Source: Prasinococcaceae sp. CCMP 1430
Taxonomy: Eukaryota > Plantae > Prasinodermophyta
Reading direction: 5' to 3'
Assembly (NCBI GenBank): GCA_013416795.1
Contig: RQSC01000062.1
Coordinates: 13,117-77,116 of the forward strand
Length of the DNA: 64,000 nt
This document shows positions 47,601 through 56,830 of the stretch, piece by piece. A program made the translations under genes and the position numbers. The notes under the pieces are model-generated. The model saw only the letters and a program-made list of their open reading frames with translations. It made no database searches and was not told the origin of the DNA. Numbering within the stretch: position 1 is the first letter of the stretch; each line of letters opens with the position of its first letter.

Positions 47601-49516
47601 GCTCGCTGTTCCCCAACCTCGACTTTTCGGGAGCGGGCAAGGCTGCGGCGCGTGCGGCGTGCGTGCGGCTGGTGCGCGCTCAGGTGCGGCACGGGGTGCT
47701 GCCCTCACAAGTGGACGATCGTCATGCGGGCGATGTCATGCCCATCTCTGCGCGCGACCACACGGAAGCTCTCATGTCGCTCGTTGAATCAGACGCAGCC
47801 GAGCGCGGGGCGATGGTCTCGTCCGCTGTCGTCGAGGTGGGCTGCGGCGCGCTCCTAAACGTCTCTTCTGCGCTTTCCATGTGCCTAGCGCACGAGGCAA
47901 GGCACATGGCTGACGCAGACATCGCAGCAACGGCGACTGCGGGATCGAAGGGCGCGTCGGCAATCGCGAGTGCCGCACATCGCGCCGCCTTGCTAGCTCT
48001 ATGGCGGGGCGATGTGGCCGCTATGGAGTCGCATCTGTCGGCCGCGCGCAGTGGCCTCACGGCTGACTTCGTTGCGGCGGGCGCGGCACTCGCGGACGGC
48101 GGCGCATCAGATGCTTCACGCTCTCTGTACCTGCGCCTCGCGCAAGACCTGAGCGTGCGAGGCGATGTGCAAAAGGCTGCACTGATGCTGCTTGCTGCAG
48201 GCGAGTCGTTGCGGGCGTGCGAAGAGCTGCTATCCGGCAGCCTGTTCCTTGACGCGGCAGTCCTTGCTGTTTTGCGCCTGGCGCCTGATGACTCGCGAGC
48301 GGTACTCTTGAAGTGTGCCGACAAGCTTGATGCGCGTGGCGCCTACGAGCATGCTGCATGCCTCTTAGCGAGTGCGGGATGCCATGGCGAGGCGGCGCAA
48401 GCGCTCTCGCGGCGATGCGGCAAAGCCGCGCTGCGAGCGGCGTCGAGCGTGCTGCTGGCAGTGGCGCCTGTGCCCACCGAGAAGCTGCCGCCGGCAAAGC
48501 TTTTCAGACCCATCCTCGAGCACGCCACAGAGTGCATTCGCCGGAAGCTCTGGGCGGAGACCACGGACACGCTCGGTGCCTGGCTGCTGAGTGTGCGCTC
48601 TCTGCCCGCAGCCACGCGATCCCTTTGCGGCGAAGTGGTAGAGGATGCCAGCTTCCTGCTGCTGCACGCGAGCGCATCGCGCTATGTATCCATCATGTGG
48701 TGCGCCGAGCAGGACCCTTGCGCCGATTGGGGCGAGACAGCGCGAGAGGCCGAGGCCGAGCTCGCGCAGCTGCGTGCCCTCGCGGGTGCTACTGGCTCTA
48801 CGAGTACATCCAGCGGTGCAATCACGCTGGACGCCGAGACCGCTGCAGTGGTCAACGAGCGTCTGCAGCCTCTCTGGGATGCGCAGTTCTGCCGCACGCT
48901 GTCGGACGCACTGCCGCATCACGTGATCATTGCTGGAGGTCTGTTGTGCGTGGCACTGCCCATCATGCTGCTCGAGCTTGATGTCGCAGATGAGGACGCC
49001 ACGACACAGGTTGAGGTCGAGCGCGCTGATGGGTCGCGCACTTTCGACGGCGGCGGGGGCGATTGCTACTCTGATGAGCTTGTCAAATTGGCGGCAGCGG
49101 AGATGATGTTCCACGGTGCCGTCCGCAGCGGCATGGCCATCGCCGAGGCGCTGACCGTGCGCATGAGTGTGCCGGACATGTTGCGCGCGGTGGGATGCAC
49201 GGTCATGCAAAGACGACAGGGGGAGGTGGCGCAGGCGGTCGAGGAGCCGCAGGCCGACGCCGGACGTGTGACAGAGTACACACGCACGGAGATGCTGGCG
49301 ATGCAGACTAGCAGCGCGACCGCGCTGCCTGCCGACGAGATGGCTGCAGTTGAGGCGGCGGCGCGCGCAGCCGGTGCGGCCGGGGATGCTGCCACCGCCG
49401 CGCACGGGTACTCCAAGGCCGCGTTGGTTGCGCTGCGTGACGCGCCCCTCCCAGAGGCCCAGGCCCAGGCAGTTCGCGACGCTTGGTCGGCAGCGGCGGG
49501 TGAAGGCTGCACATAA
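44606..49516 (+). CDS. GEMIN5: Gemin5-like WD40-repeat/TPR-like protein
   Basis: ATG 44606. The N-terminal VPASPNWF..CCD matches Gemin5 LPPSPNWY..CSD. Also WQTVGLGGFGYCLG..LAAGVGDNTIR, GKVTALAWHP, TSEDQTIQAW, and a downstream helical dimerisation-like module (GDVQKAALMLLA..DAAVLAVLRLAPDD). Confidence 0.8.
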   Translation: MAAGAGALVPASPNWFVAQCCDAARGAELAAYAARNSVVVAALGGAPVVSRVLQGHTNRVTAVCFVDGAGDDALLLSASLDSTARLWDSRAGACVRALRVHQRDGATAVCCVAGRTIVTGSSSGQVLAWPHMGGTQEAEPACAARRGTSVTVLRALNGTALAAVGYDDGHVCVLDAERRVALCTVQKAHSADIQGLDWYQPSPLLRASGCAQSERAADGAEASACSSDSGGGDSIAYLATSARDRRVCVWAVPIANDVSRTAVVPTKIAERSLPPAQKGTAAAQRSRTWVPVCWLPPSQPATTDADLSSSSISSNITSVAGDAVGDGSVGPLAMGMPDLVTADAAGELMIWRGVELRGGDGSSDGDKWTKAPSFAKLATAHTRPVFSIALKVAQRLEDTSSGLPACRLFTVSMDRTAALWELPAGGGSGGSLARKTWQTVGLGGFGYCLGASPADRQMLAAGVGDNTIRLLRIPEGGQAASRDGARALASASLAWRGIGGKVTALAWHPTAAGVLAYATDDGSVSLYDASAQMSADFAGGKHAGAIRSLCWIDVAGSGKPLLCSCGGGKVYVWAVTESGSEGALRPHGSGKPRSLLAEGAGAIEASTAAFRTAPSGGKHMVALGSADGTLEVHTLGGGVSRISPETNRDNGAPLPSWGGAVCMDWANDERPCLAVGFTSGGILIVRGGSTDERPNRMSATDADSGEGTSAFGSERVWLKACNKPKSKGKKGKGAHAQAADYAHVPVPCVAWSPSDPSLLAAGLADGAAAVWRISTAAPKPGDHTGTDAGVETSRSLSAQCIARVEGHSARVQAVCWCLLSPGALFTTSEDQTIQAWDVGSAEAAAAAERANADAEARKLEAAARRERDAKRREVKEREANAFAAAEASAEAAAAVAPDRAGVTVAAASTASESSTEQSLPVSRAAASGISRVHTSSGAVPARDHIESNGNTAMSPVSLNAANAVLGSNLSAGASKPVGKSRTRGGVGGAIGGAIADVVRSLFPNLDFSGAGKAAARAACVRLVRAQVRHGVLPSQVDDRHAGDVMPISARDHTEALMSLVESDAAERGAMVSSAVVEVGCGALLNVSSALSMCLAHEARHMADADIAATATAGSKGASAIASAAHRAALLALWRGDVAAMESHLSAARSGLTADFVAAGAALADGGASDASRSLYLRLAQDLSVRGDVQKAALMLLAAGESLRACEELLSGSLFLDAAVLAVLRLAPDDSRAVLLKCADKLDARGAYEHAACLLASAGCHGEAAQALSRRCGKAALRAASSVLLAVAPVPTEKLPPAKLFRPILEHATECIRRKLWAETTDTLGAWLLSVRSLPAATRSLCGEVVEDASFLLLHASASRYVSIMWCAEQDPCADWGETAREAEAELAQLRALAGATGSTSTSSGAITLDAETAAVVNERLQPLWDAQFCRTLSDALPHHVIIAGGLLCVALPIMLLELDVADEDATTQVEVERADGSRTFDGGGGDCYSDELVKLAAAEMMFHGAVRSGMAIAEALTVRMSVPDMLRAVGCTVMQRRQGEVAQAVEEPQADAGRVTEYTRTEMLAMQTSSATALPADEMAAVEAAARAAGAAGDAATAAHGYSKAALVALRDAPLPEAQAQAVRDAWSAAAGEGCT

Positions 49517-49665
49517 TGTATTCGTTTGCTTCTTTTCATCTTGCGCACGCAGTGCGTCCGTCCGCTCTCGCGCGCCACAGGGCGCGCGCACGGCGCAGCC
49601 ACCACGCCACGCCCACCACGCCACTCGCGGGCGTCGACGCTCGCGGCTGAGCTGCGGGCGTGGCG

Positions 49666-51288
49666 ATGGAACGGTTGGTGTCGAGCCTGGCAGCGACGTG
49701 CGCGCGGCGCGGCGCGGCGGGCGCGCGCTCGTTCGAGCCGCAGGCGGCCGCGCGCTGGTTCGAGCCGCGCGCCTCGACGCTGGCGCCGCGCTGCACAGCC
49801 GCGGCTTCGCCGCATGGCGCAGGCATCGAGCTGCGTGCGGCGGAGGACATTGCTAGAGGGGAGGTGGCGCTGAGGGTCCCGCTCGCGGCGTGGGCGCCCC
49901 TCTCGGCGACGTTTGCCCTCAAGCGTGTGCGTGAGCGCCTGCCCGGTCCGTCCGCGGCGCGCCTGGAGGCACTTGCGGCCAGCGGTGAGCCGAGCAGCCG
50001 CCGAGCGGGTGAGCTGGCCGCGCTCGCAATCCACTTGAGCCTCGAGCGCGCGGCGCGCGGCGCGAGCTGCTCAGCGGACTCCGCCGTGTTTGCTGCAGGC
50101 CTGCCCGATGACCCGAGCGTGCCGCTCGTGTGGCCAGAGGAGAGGCTCGTCACGCTACGTGGTACAGCCGCCGGACGTTCTATCGGGCGACAGAGGCACT
50201 TCGTTGCAGCGCTGCACGCCAACGTGCTCCTTGCACTCGACGCAAACGCTGACACCGGCTCCGGCGGCGCCCAGGATGAGGCAGTGGTGAGTCTCGAGGA
50301 CTTTGCTTGGGCTGTAGGCGTGATTGAGAGTCGAGCAGTGGCGTCTGCTGGCGGCGGGCCTCTCGCGATGATCCCGATCGCGGAGTACGCGAACCACTCG
50401 GCTGCGCCGAGCTGTGAGCTCGCAATGGGTGCAGCGGGCGACGATGGCGCCGGCGAGGACGTCGAGGCCGCGGGTGCATACGATTTAAGGGCACTGCGCG
50501 ATATTGAGGAGGGCGAGGAGCTCACCATCGCCTACGCAAGCGACGGGCAACGCAGCTCTTCGCGCATGTTGAGAGTGTACGGCTTCGCCGATGCGGCAAG
50601 CTGCCAAACGCAAGACGTGCCCGCGCTGGTGGCGCTGCAGACGCCGCAGGTGGCGCCCGGGGCGGGGGGTGCTGCGGCCGATGATGGTGGCGCGGCAGTG
50701 CTAACTGCGGCACTGCACGCGGCGGCATTTGAGCCCGGGATGGAGGTCGTGGAAGTACGTCGCGAGGACTTCGCGCAGATTGAGGCAGAACAGCAGCAGG
50801 GTGGCGAGGGCGGCGAGGGCGGCGAGGACGGCGGAGAGGGTGAGCGCCCACCCTCGATGCTGGCGCTTCAGCATGCCTCATCGCGCCTGATGCAGTGGGC
50901 GCGGCTGCTCGGGCTTACCGAGTACGAGATTGAGCTGCTCGGTGAGCGCTTCGCCGCACGCAAGGGAGTCGGGCCAGAAAATTCTACCGACGCAGGCGAG
51001 TTCGTTGCTGCGGAGCTCATGACGGGCCCCGTGTCACTTCCCAATGAGGTGGAGGCACTGCGGCTCGCGGCGATGGCGTGTGCCGCTGCCGGCGATGCGC
51101 TCGGCCGTGACGATTCGAGCGTGGGTGGCGGTGCGCTGGAGCTGTGGCAGAGGTCAGTCGCAGTCGTGCGTGGCGCCGAGGCAAAGGTGTTGACGGACGC
51201 CGCTTCGGCGCTGTCGTCACAGGCGCACGACTTGGAGAGCAGGTACCGCTCCGGCGGCGTCGGCGCGTCAGAGCAGCAGGCGCAGTAG
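49666..51288 (+). CDS. SET-domain lysine methyltransferase, Rubisco-LSMT/SETD3 family
   Basis: Motifs: GIELRAAEDIARGEVALRVP, FAWAVGVIESRA, MIPIAEYANHS, GEELTIAY..MLRVYGF. The Arg/Ala/Ser-rich N-terminus resembles an organelle transit peptide. Confidence 0.88.
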   Translation: MERLVSSLAATCARRGAAGARSFEPQAAARWFEPRASTLAPRCTAAASPHGAGIELRAAEDIARGEVALRVPLAAWAPLSATFALKRVRERLPGPSAARLEALAASGEPSSRRAGELAALAIHLSLERAARGASCSADSAVFAAGLPDDPSVPLVWPEERLVTLRGTAAGRSIGRQRHFVAALHANVLLALDANADTGSGGAQDEAVVSLEDFAWAVGVIESRAVASAGGGPLAMIPIAEYANHSAAPSCELAMGAAGDDGAGEDVEAAGAYDLRALRDIEEGEELTIAYASDGQRSSSRMLRVYGFADAASCQTQDVPALVALQTPQVAPGAGGAAADDGGAAVLTAALHAAAFEPGMEVVEVRREDFAQIEAEQQQGGEGGEGGEDGGEGERPPSMLALQHASSRLMQWARLLGLTEYEIELLGERFAARKGVGPENSTDAGEFVAAELMTGPVSLPNEVEALRLAAMACAAAGDALGRDDSSVGGGALELWQRSVAVVRGAEAKVLTDAASALSSQAHDLESRYRSGGVGASEQQAQ

Positions 51289-51329
51289 GGCGCAGGTGGT
51301 GTCGTCGGGCTGTGCAAAATTCGTTCGTA

Positions 51330-52185
51330 TTATCGCAGGGCCTTCTGCATGAGCACCCTGCGCGTGCGGCCGGGGAGCGCGGCGAGGAAGAGTGGATCCT
51401 CAGCGACCACCTCATAGCCCGACCCGTCATAGAGCGCCCGCGCGCCTCTGTCGCCTGCGTTTGCGTGAAGCGCCGCCGAGCGCAGCTCGCCACCACCTGC
51501 ACTTAGCGCCTCCTCCTCTGCAGCAGCAACGAGGGCACGCCCGACGCCGCGCCGCCGGTACTCCGGGTCGACCGTCACGTTGGCGATGTATGCGACACCT
51601 GGGTGCCGCAGCGGAAATTGCACCAGCGCAGGCGTGTCAGCGGCGCGGGCGCATCAAGGGCGCGAGTCGGAGGCGTAAGAGGCATGAAGAGCGCCACGGA
51701 CCCTCACCCGTCGGCGCCGGCAGGCTCTCCCCATCGCCAAATTCCCCCCTCGCCTCGTCGCGCAGGCTCAGGTCGGCGTGGCCGCACAGCTCGCCATCCC
51801 AGTACGCTGCGAGTAGCACTGCGCCGGGCGTTGCAGCGCGCGCGGCGAGGTACGCCTCGACCTTCTTCGTCAGGAATCGCGTGTAGCGGTTCGCACCGAT
51901 GCCCGCCGAGTAGACTGCCCCCACGAGCGCCGACGTGGCCGCCATGCCCTCCGCGTCGGACGCCAGCAGCGGCCGCACGGCGATGCGCGAGTCACCGCCG
52001 CCGCCTTCCGCCGCGGCAGCAGCCGCGCGCCGCCGATGCGCAGTGTGGCGCCCGGGCAGAGAGGCGCCGCTCCGCCGGCGGAGCGCCCCCGCGCGATCCG
52101 CAAGGAACGAACGCAGCGTGCGGATCGCGCGCGGGCGCGCGCTCGCAACGCACGCACCGTCCGCGACAGAACAATCGATACCATG
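51330..52185 (-). CDS. GNAT-family N-acetyltransferase, probably plastid-targeted
   Basis: Intron GTGAGG..CAG 51707-51599 (phase 1) joins LPAPT-G-VAYIANVTVDPEYRRRGVGRAL (acetyl-CoA motif R-x-x-G-x-G). Also ARALYDGSGY. The 5' end is unresolved; the nearest ATG at 52185 is in another frame. Confidence 0.85.
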
Positions 52186-52310
52186 GCGAGCTCAGCTGAG
52201 CTGAGCTGAAAGCACACACCAAACGCGCACACGAACCGTGCACAATGTGATCGCCCGTGGGTGCATAACTCCTAAGAGATAACGCATCATCAATCTGCTC
52301 GAGGATTTGC

Positions 52311-53543
52311 GTGCGACGCCCGGCGCCCGGGTGGCAGGCGACTGTTGGTGGCCGCGAACGCGCCCCGGAGCGGCCAGACGGCGCGCGTGCGCGGCGCGAG
52401 CGAGGCCTTCGCCGTGCTGCGCGCGAGCGCCGACCAGGCGGGCCGGGCGCGCCGGACGCCGCCGTGAGCGAGCGCGTGCCGGTAGCGGGCAAGGCCGCGG
52501 GTGCGGCGCAGGTCGCAGCGGTCGGATTGATGCTGCACGTACACGGGGGGAGCTCGCTGTCGGCGGTATACCTCGCGGCGGCGGCGGCGTCCGCCGCTGC
52601 GGGCTATGCGACGCTGCCCGCGCTGCGCGCTCTCAAGCTGCGGCAGGTGCAGCGCAGGCTGGGGCCGGCAGCGCACGCGTCCAAGGCAGGCACGCCAACC
52701 ATGGGCGGGCTCGCATTCGTGCCGATTGGGTGTGCGGTAGCGTTGCTCGCGGCGGGGCCCAGCGCGGAGCTCATGGCGCTCTGTGGCGCGACGCTCGGCT
52801 GCCTCACCGTCGGAATGGTCGACGATGCCCTCATCGTTACACGCGGCAAGAACGACGGCCTGCACCCCAAGCTTAAGCTGGGCGCGCAGCTCGCGGTGGC
52901 GGCCGCATTCTGCGCGTTTTGCTACGGCCCGGGAGGCGTGGGGGCGCCGACCGCCATCGCCGCGAATCTGAGCGCGCTGGGTCACGGGGTTGCGAGGCTG
53001 GAGCTTGGCGCAGTGCTCTGCGCTCCGTTTGCTATGTTTGTATTCGCGGCTGAATCCAACGGTGCCAACCTCACCGACGGCCTCGACGGCCTCGCGGCCG
53101 GAGTAGCCGCGGCGGCGCTTGCGGCCATGGCTGCGGCGTCGCTGGCCGCTGGATGCGCCCCCGCAGCCACTTTCTGCGCAGCGCTCGCCGGAGCCAGCGT
53201 CGGCTTCCTTGCGCACAACGCCCACAAGGCGAGCATGTTCATGGGGGACACCGGCAGCCTCGCGCTGGGCGGCGCGCTCGCTTCGGTGGGCGTGCTGACA
53301 GCACAGTTCGTCCCGCTCGCCATTGCTACAGCAGTGTTTGCCGCTGAGGCTGCGAGCGTGATTGCACAGGTGGCCTACTTCAAGGCGACCAAGGGTCCCG
53401 ACGGAGTCGGAAAGCGCCTCTTCAAGATGGCACCCTTCCACCACCACCTGGAGGCGTGCGGCTGGCACGAGACGACCGTCGTCGCCGCTGCGTACGCGGC
53501 GAGCTTGGTGTGCGCGTTGTGCGCGGCCGCTATCGCCGCTTGA
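52311..53543 (+). CDS. mraY: Phospho-N-acetylmuramoyl-pentapeptide transferase (plastid MraY)
   Basis: Motifs: HASKAGTPTMGG, GMVDD, SNGANLTDGLDGLA, AHNAHKASMFMGDTGSLALG, EAASVIAQV, LFKMAPFHHHLE..W.E, plus multiple TM helices. The start codon is unresolved. Confidence 0.95.
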   Translation: MRRPAPGWQATVGGRERAPERPDGARARRERGLRRAARERRPGGPGAPDAAVSERVPVAGKAAGAAQVAAVGLMLHVHGGSSLSAVYLAAAAASAAAGYATLPALRALKLRQVQRRLGPAAHASKAGTPTMGGLAFVPIGCAVALLAAGPSAELMALCGATLGCLTVGMVDDALIVTRGKNDGLHPKLKLGAQLAVAAAFCAFCYGPGGVGAPTAIAANLSALGHGVARLELGAVLCAPFAMFVFAAESNGANLTDGLDGLAAGVAAAALAAMAAASLAAGCAPAATFCAALAGASVGFLAHNAHKASMFMGDTGSLALGGALASVGVLTAQFVPLAIATAVFAAEAASVIAQVAYFKATKGPDGVGKRLFKMAPFHHHLEACGWHETTVVAAAYAASLVCALCAAAIAA

Positions 53544-53750
53544 GCGCGGTGGCTCGCACGCCATCCAGCGAGTAGAACTACTCTAGTAGAGAGCTAGCCA
53601 GAGTTAGCTAGTCTAGTAGAGGGCTAGAGCTAGAGCGATATGTGGTCGGAACCTTCCTAGGTAGTGCGGGAAGCGCAGCCTTGAGCTTGCCCGGGACTGC
53701 CGTGCGAGCACTTGCCTCGTTATTAGTGCGTTATTACTTATTAGGAATTC

Positions 53751-54468
53751 CTAGGCCCCCACGCCAGGCCACTCTGCGGCCACGATGCACTGCCAGTGTG
53801 AGTTCTCGTAATCGCGTCCGCCTCTGTCCTCCCTCGGCACGAGGCTGGCGTAGCCGTTGGGCTCGTCCTCCCATAGCCACCTGCCGCGGCGAGCGCTCAG
53901 GGCGGTCAGCACAAGGTCGCAGCTCGCGTGCGGACACGAACGGCCCGCCACTCTTGCTCACCTCAGCCTGCATCTGGGCGCCCGCACAGATTCCTGGTCA
54001 CCCCCGCCATCTGTCGCCGCGGCCTCGAGCGCGTCATAGTCCTCCTCAGCTTCGGTCGCGCTGTAGCTCGTGACGACAACCGCCGCGCCGTGCTCGAGCG
54101 CGGCCTTGCGGACGGTGTGCGCCCAGCTTGCGTAGCCCCACACGCCTGCGTTGTAGCACAGCAGCACCTGTGGGGGCGCTTCGTCGAACTGCGCGCACTC
54201 GTGGTAGCATCCACGCGCGACGCCCACACCGGCGCGCTCGGCGGCGGGCTCGGCGTCCGGCGGCAGCTGCGGTCCACACAGCGTGAGGCGGAGCTCGACG
54301 CCCGGCCCCAGCGCCTGCCTCGCTCCTTCGAGGTCCTCCTCCACGCACGGCGCCCCATCGATGAGCTCCCGTCGGTCGGCTCCGCAGAGCACTACGTGGC
54401 AGCACGCCCCCCAGCGGCCGCGGCCGCGCAACGCTGCCCGCCCGCCGTCGGCAGCCGCGACGCGCCGC
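53751..54468 (-). CDS. C-terminal part of an MSS51/zf-MYND-associated domain protein; 5' end lost at N 54469
   Basis: Motifs GCYHE..PPQVLLCYNAGVWGYASW..VVVTSYSATEAEEDY. Intron GTGAGC..CAG 53961-53881 (GCTGAC branch, phase 2) joins the last exon WLWEDEPNGYASL..NSHWQ. Confidence 0.7.
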
Positions 54469-54469
54469 N

Positions 54470-54695
54470 GAGCGCTTTCGGCTGCTGGGCGGATGCCCTG
54501 CATGCAGCTCGTGCTGATCGCCTGCGCAAGCGAGGTGTGGCCCGCTTGATGCATCGTGTGAGCAAGCGAGAGCTCGCGATTGTGTTCGATCGCTGGCTCG
54601 ATCTAGTGGCGAGTATGCGTTCGGAGCGGCAAGTTGCTGAACGTGTTGTTCGACGTTTGATTCACCTGAAGCTTACATACAGCTTTTCTCGCTGG
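54470..54695 (+). CDS. Fragment with Sfi1-like (centrin-binding-type) repeats
   Basis: SAFGCW..LAIVFDRW..LTYSFSRW gives three L-x3-F-x2-W type motifs with Trp spaced 36 and 33 aa apart. It begins at an assembly N and is followed by a GTGCGG donor at 54696. Confidence 0.6.
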
Positions 54696-54937
54696 GTGCG
54701 GCTCGCGGACGCGCGTCGCCCCTGCGGCGCTGCCGCCTCAATCCGGCCCGCGCGCGCGTGGGAGGGAGGGGGCCGGCGGGCGCGCGGGCGGAGGCGTGCA
54801 CCGCGGGCGCTTTTTTGGGGGCGGGGGGAGGGGGGGAGGGGCGGGACAAGGGCGCGCTGAGGCCTTCCTCGCGCGCGGGAAGGCGCCCGCGGCGTTTGCG
54901 GCGCTAGGCAGCAGTGCCCTCTGGCGAGGAGGCCGCC

Positions 54938-56545
54938 ATGGCGCAGGCCGGTGGCGGCGGCGTGGGCGGCGGCGGCGGCGGCGGCAGCCGGTGGTTCGGC
55001 CGGTGGAGGCGCACGCACACCAATGACGGCGTGACGTCGTCCGGCGATGCCGTCGCCGAGGCTGGCTGGCGGGCGAGCTTCAAGCCGTCGTCGACGACGC
55101 GCCAGCGCGTGGAGGCCACCAAATCGGCGATCGAGAATCACTACATGCGCTACATGCAGAACCTCAAGGAGCGCACGGAGCGCCGTCGCTCGCTCGAGGC
55201 GCGGCTCGGCTCTGGCGAGGTGTCCGAGTCCGAGTTCGAGCAGGCGCTGCGCGAGCTCCAGCGCAAAGAGACGCAGTACATGCGGCTGCAGCGGCACAGG
55301 ATGAGCGTGGAGGACTTCGAGCTGCTCACAATCATCGGGCGCGGCGCTTTCGGAGAGGTGCGGCTCGCGCGCGAGAGGCGCTCGGGCGAGATCTACGCGA
55401 TGAAAAAGCTGCGCAAGTCGGAGATGCTGCGAAGAGGGCAGGTCGAGCACGTCAAGGCGGAGCGCGACCTGTTGGCGGCGCTCAACAACGAATTCTGCGT
55501 CAAGCTTTACTACTCCTTCCAAGACGAAGATTACCTGTACCTTGTGATGGAGTACTTGCCCGGCGGCGACATGATGACGCTGCTCATGCGCGAGGACACG
55601 CTCACCGAGGAGGTCACGCGCTTCTACATTGCGCAGACGGTGCTCGCCATCGAGGCCATCCACAAGCAGTCGTACATCCACCGCGACATCAAACCGGACA
55701 ATCTGCTGCTCGGCCAGGATGGCCACATGAAGCTCAGCGATTTCGGGCTGTGCAAGCCCATCGACCCGTCAGCGTTCACCGCCGAGGCATCGGACGGCCT
55801 GAGCAACATGTCCGGCCCAGGTGATTTCACACGGTCGAGCTCCATCTCCAGCAAGCCGCAATCTGAGATCCTCGCCACCTGGAAGCGCAACCGTCGCATG
55901 CTCGCCTTCTCAACAGTCGGCACGCCCGACTACATAGCGCCTGAGGTGCTGCTCAAGAAGGGCTACGGCACCGAGTGCGACTGGTGGTCGGTGGGCGCCA
56001 TCATGTACGAGATGCTCGTGGGCTACCCTCCCTTCTACAGCGAGGATCCCATGAGCACGTGCCGCAAGATCGTCAACTGGCGGCAACACCTACGCTTCCC
56101 CGCCGAGTGCCAGCTCTCCGAAGAGGCCAAGAGCCTCGTGCGCGGCCTGCTCTGCGACGTCGACCAGCGGCTCGGCACGCGCGGCACCGCCGACCTCAAG
56201 GCACACGCATTCTTCGAGGGGGTCGACTGGCAGCGCATATACGAGGGGCCGGCGGCGTTCGTCCCCGTTGTGGAGCACGAGCTCGACACCCAGAACTTCG
56301 AAACGTTCGAAGAGGAGGAGCCAGCGAATGGTGCCGGTGGAAGCGCACCCGGCAAGGCCCCGACCAGGAAGCCGAGCACCGCGGGCGCGCGCACCAAGGA
56401 CGTCAACTGGATCGGCTACACGTTCAAGAACTTCGACCTGACGAAGGCGAAGAACGAGTATGCGAAGGAGCAGGCGGGCGCTGGCAATGCTACCATCACC
56501 GAGGAGGGCAGCCCGATCTCGGGCGGCTCAGTGGCGCCGCAGTGA
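54938..56545 (+). CDS. NDR: NDR/LATS-family AGC Ser/Thr kinase
   Basis: gccgccATGg start, intronless. MOB-binding N-terminal region (KSAIENHY; [11 protein letters not shown]), [46 protein letters not shown], hydrophobic motif WIGYTF. Confidence 0.97.
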   Translation: MAQAGGGGVGGGGGGGSRWFGRWRRTHTNDGVTSSGDAVAEAGWRASFKPSSTTRQRVEATKSAIENHYMRYMQNLKERTERRRSLEARLGSGEVSESEFEQALRELQRKETQYMRLQRHRMSVEDFELLTIIGRGAFGEVRLARERRSGEIYAMKKLRKSEMLRRGQVEHVKAERDLLAALNNEFCVKLYYSFQDEDYLYLVMEYLPGGDMMTLLMREDTLTEEVTRFYIAQTVLAIEAIHKQSYIHRDIKPDNLLLGQDGHMKLSDFGLCKPIDPSAFTAEASDGLSNMSGPGDFTRSSSISSKPQSEILATWKRNRRMLAFSTVGTPDYIAPEVLLKKGYGTECDWWSVGAIMYEMLVGYPPFYSEDPMSTCRKIVNWRQHLRFPAECQLSEEAKSLVRGLLCDVDQRLGTRGTADLKAHAFFEGVDWQRIYEGPAAFVPVVEHELDTQNFETFEEEEPANGAGGSAPGKAPTRKPSTAGARTKDVNWIGYTFKNFDLTKAKNEYAKEQAGAGNATITEEGSPISGGSVAPQ

Positions 56546-56830
56546 ATCACACGTCAGCGCCCGAAAGAACCGCGCGCCGGCGGCGCTGCGCCACCACGGA
56601 CCCGCCCTGCAAACCCTGTACCATCACCTTTCCCCACAGCACGAGCACAGGTCAAAAGCGCCGCCTCGAGCGTGCCGATGTACGTGCTTTACGTGCCAGG
56701 ACAGCGCGGCCCGGGGGCCACCCCCGGCGGATGCCCGCCATGGCCATTGAGCGCGGGTTTGTTGTCGCGTGTGTGCCGGTGGACTGCAATGTGCTCCACT
56801 GCGCGCGCGCTCGCCGTCGCTATGCGAGGC

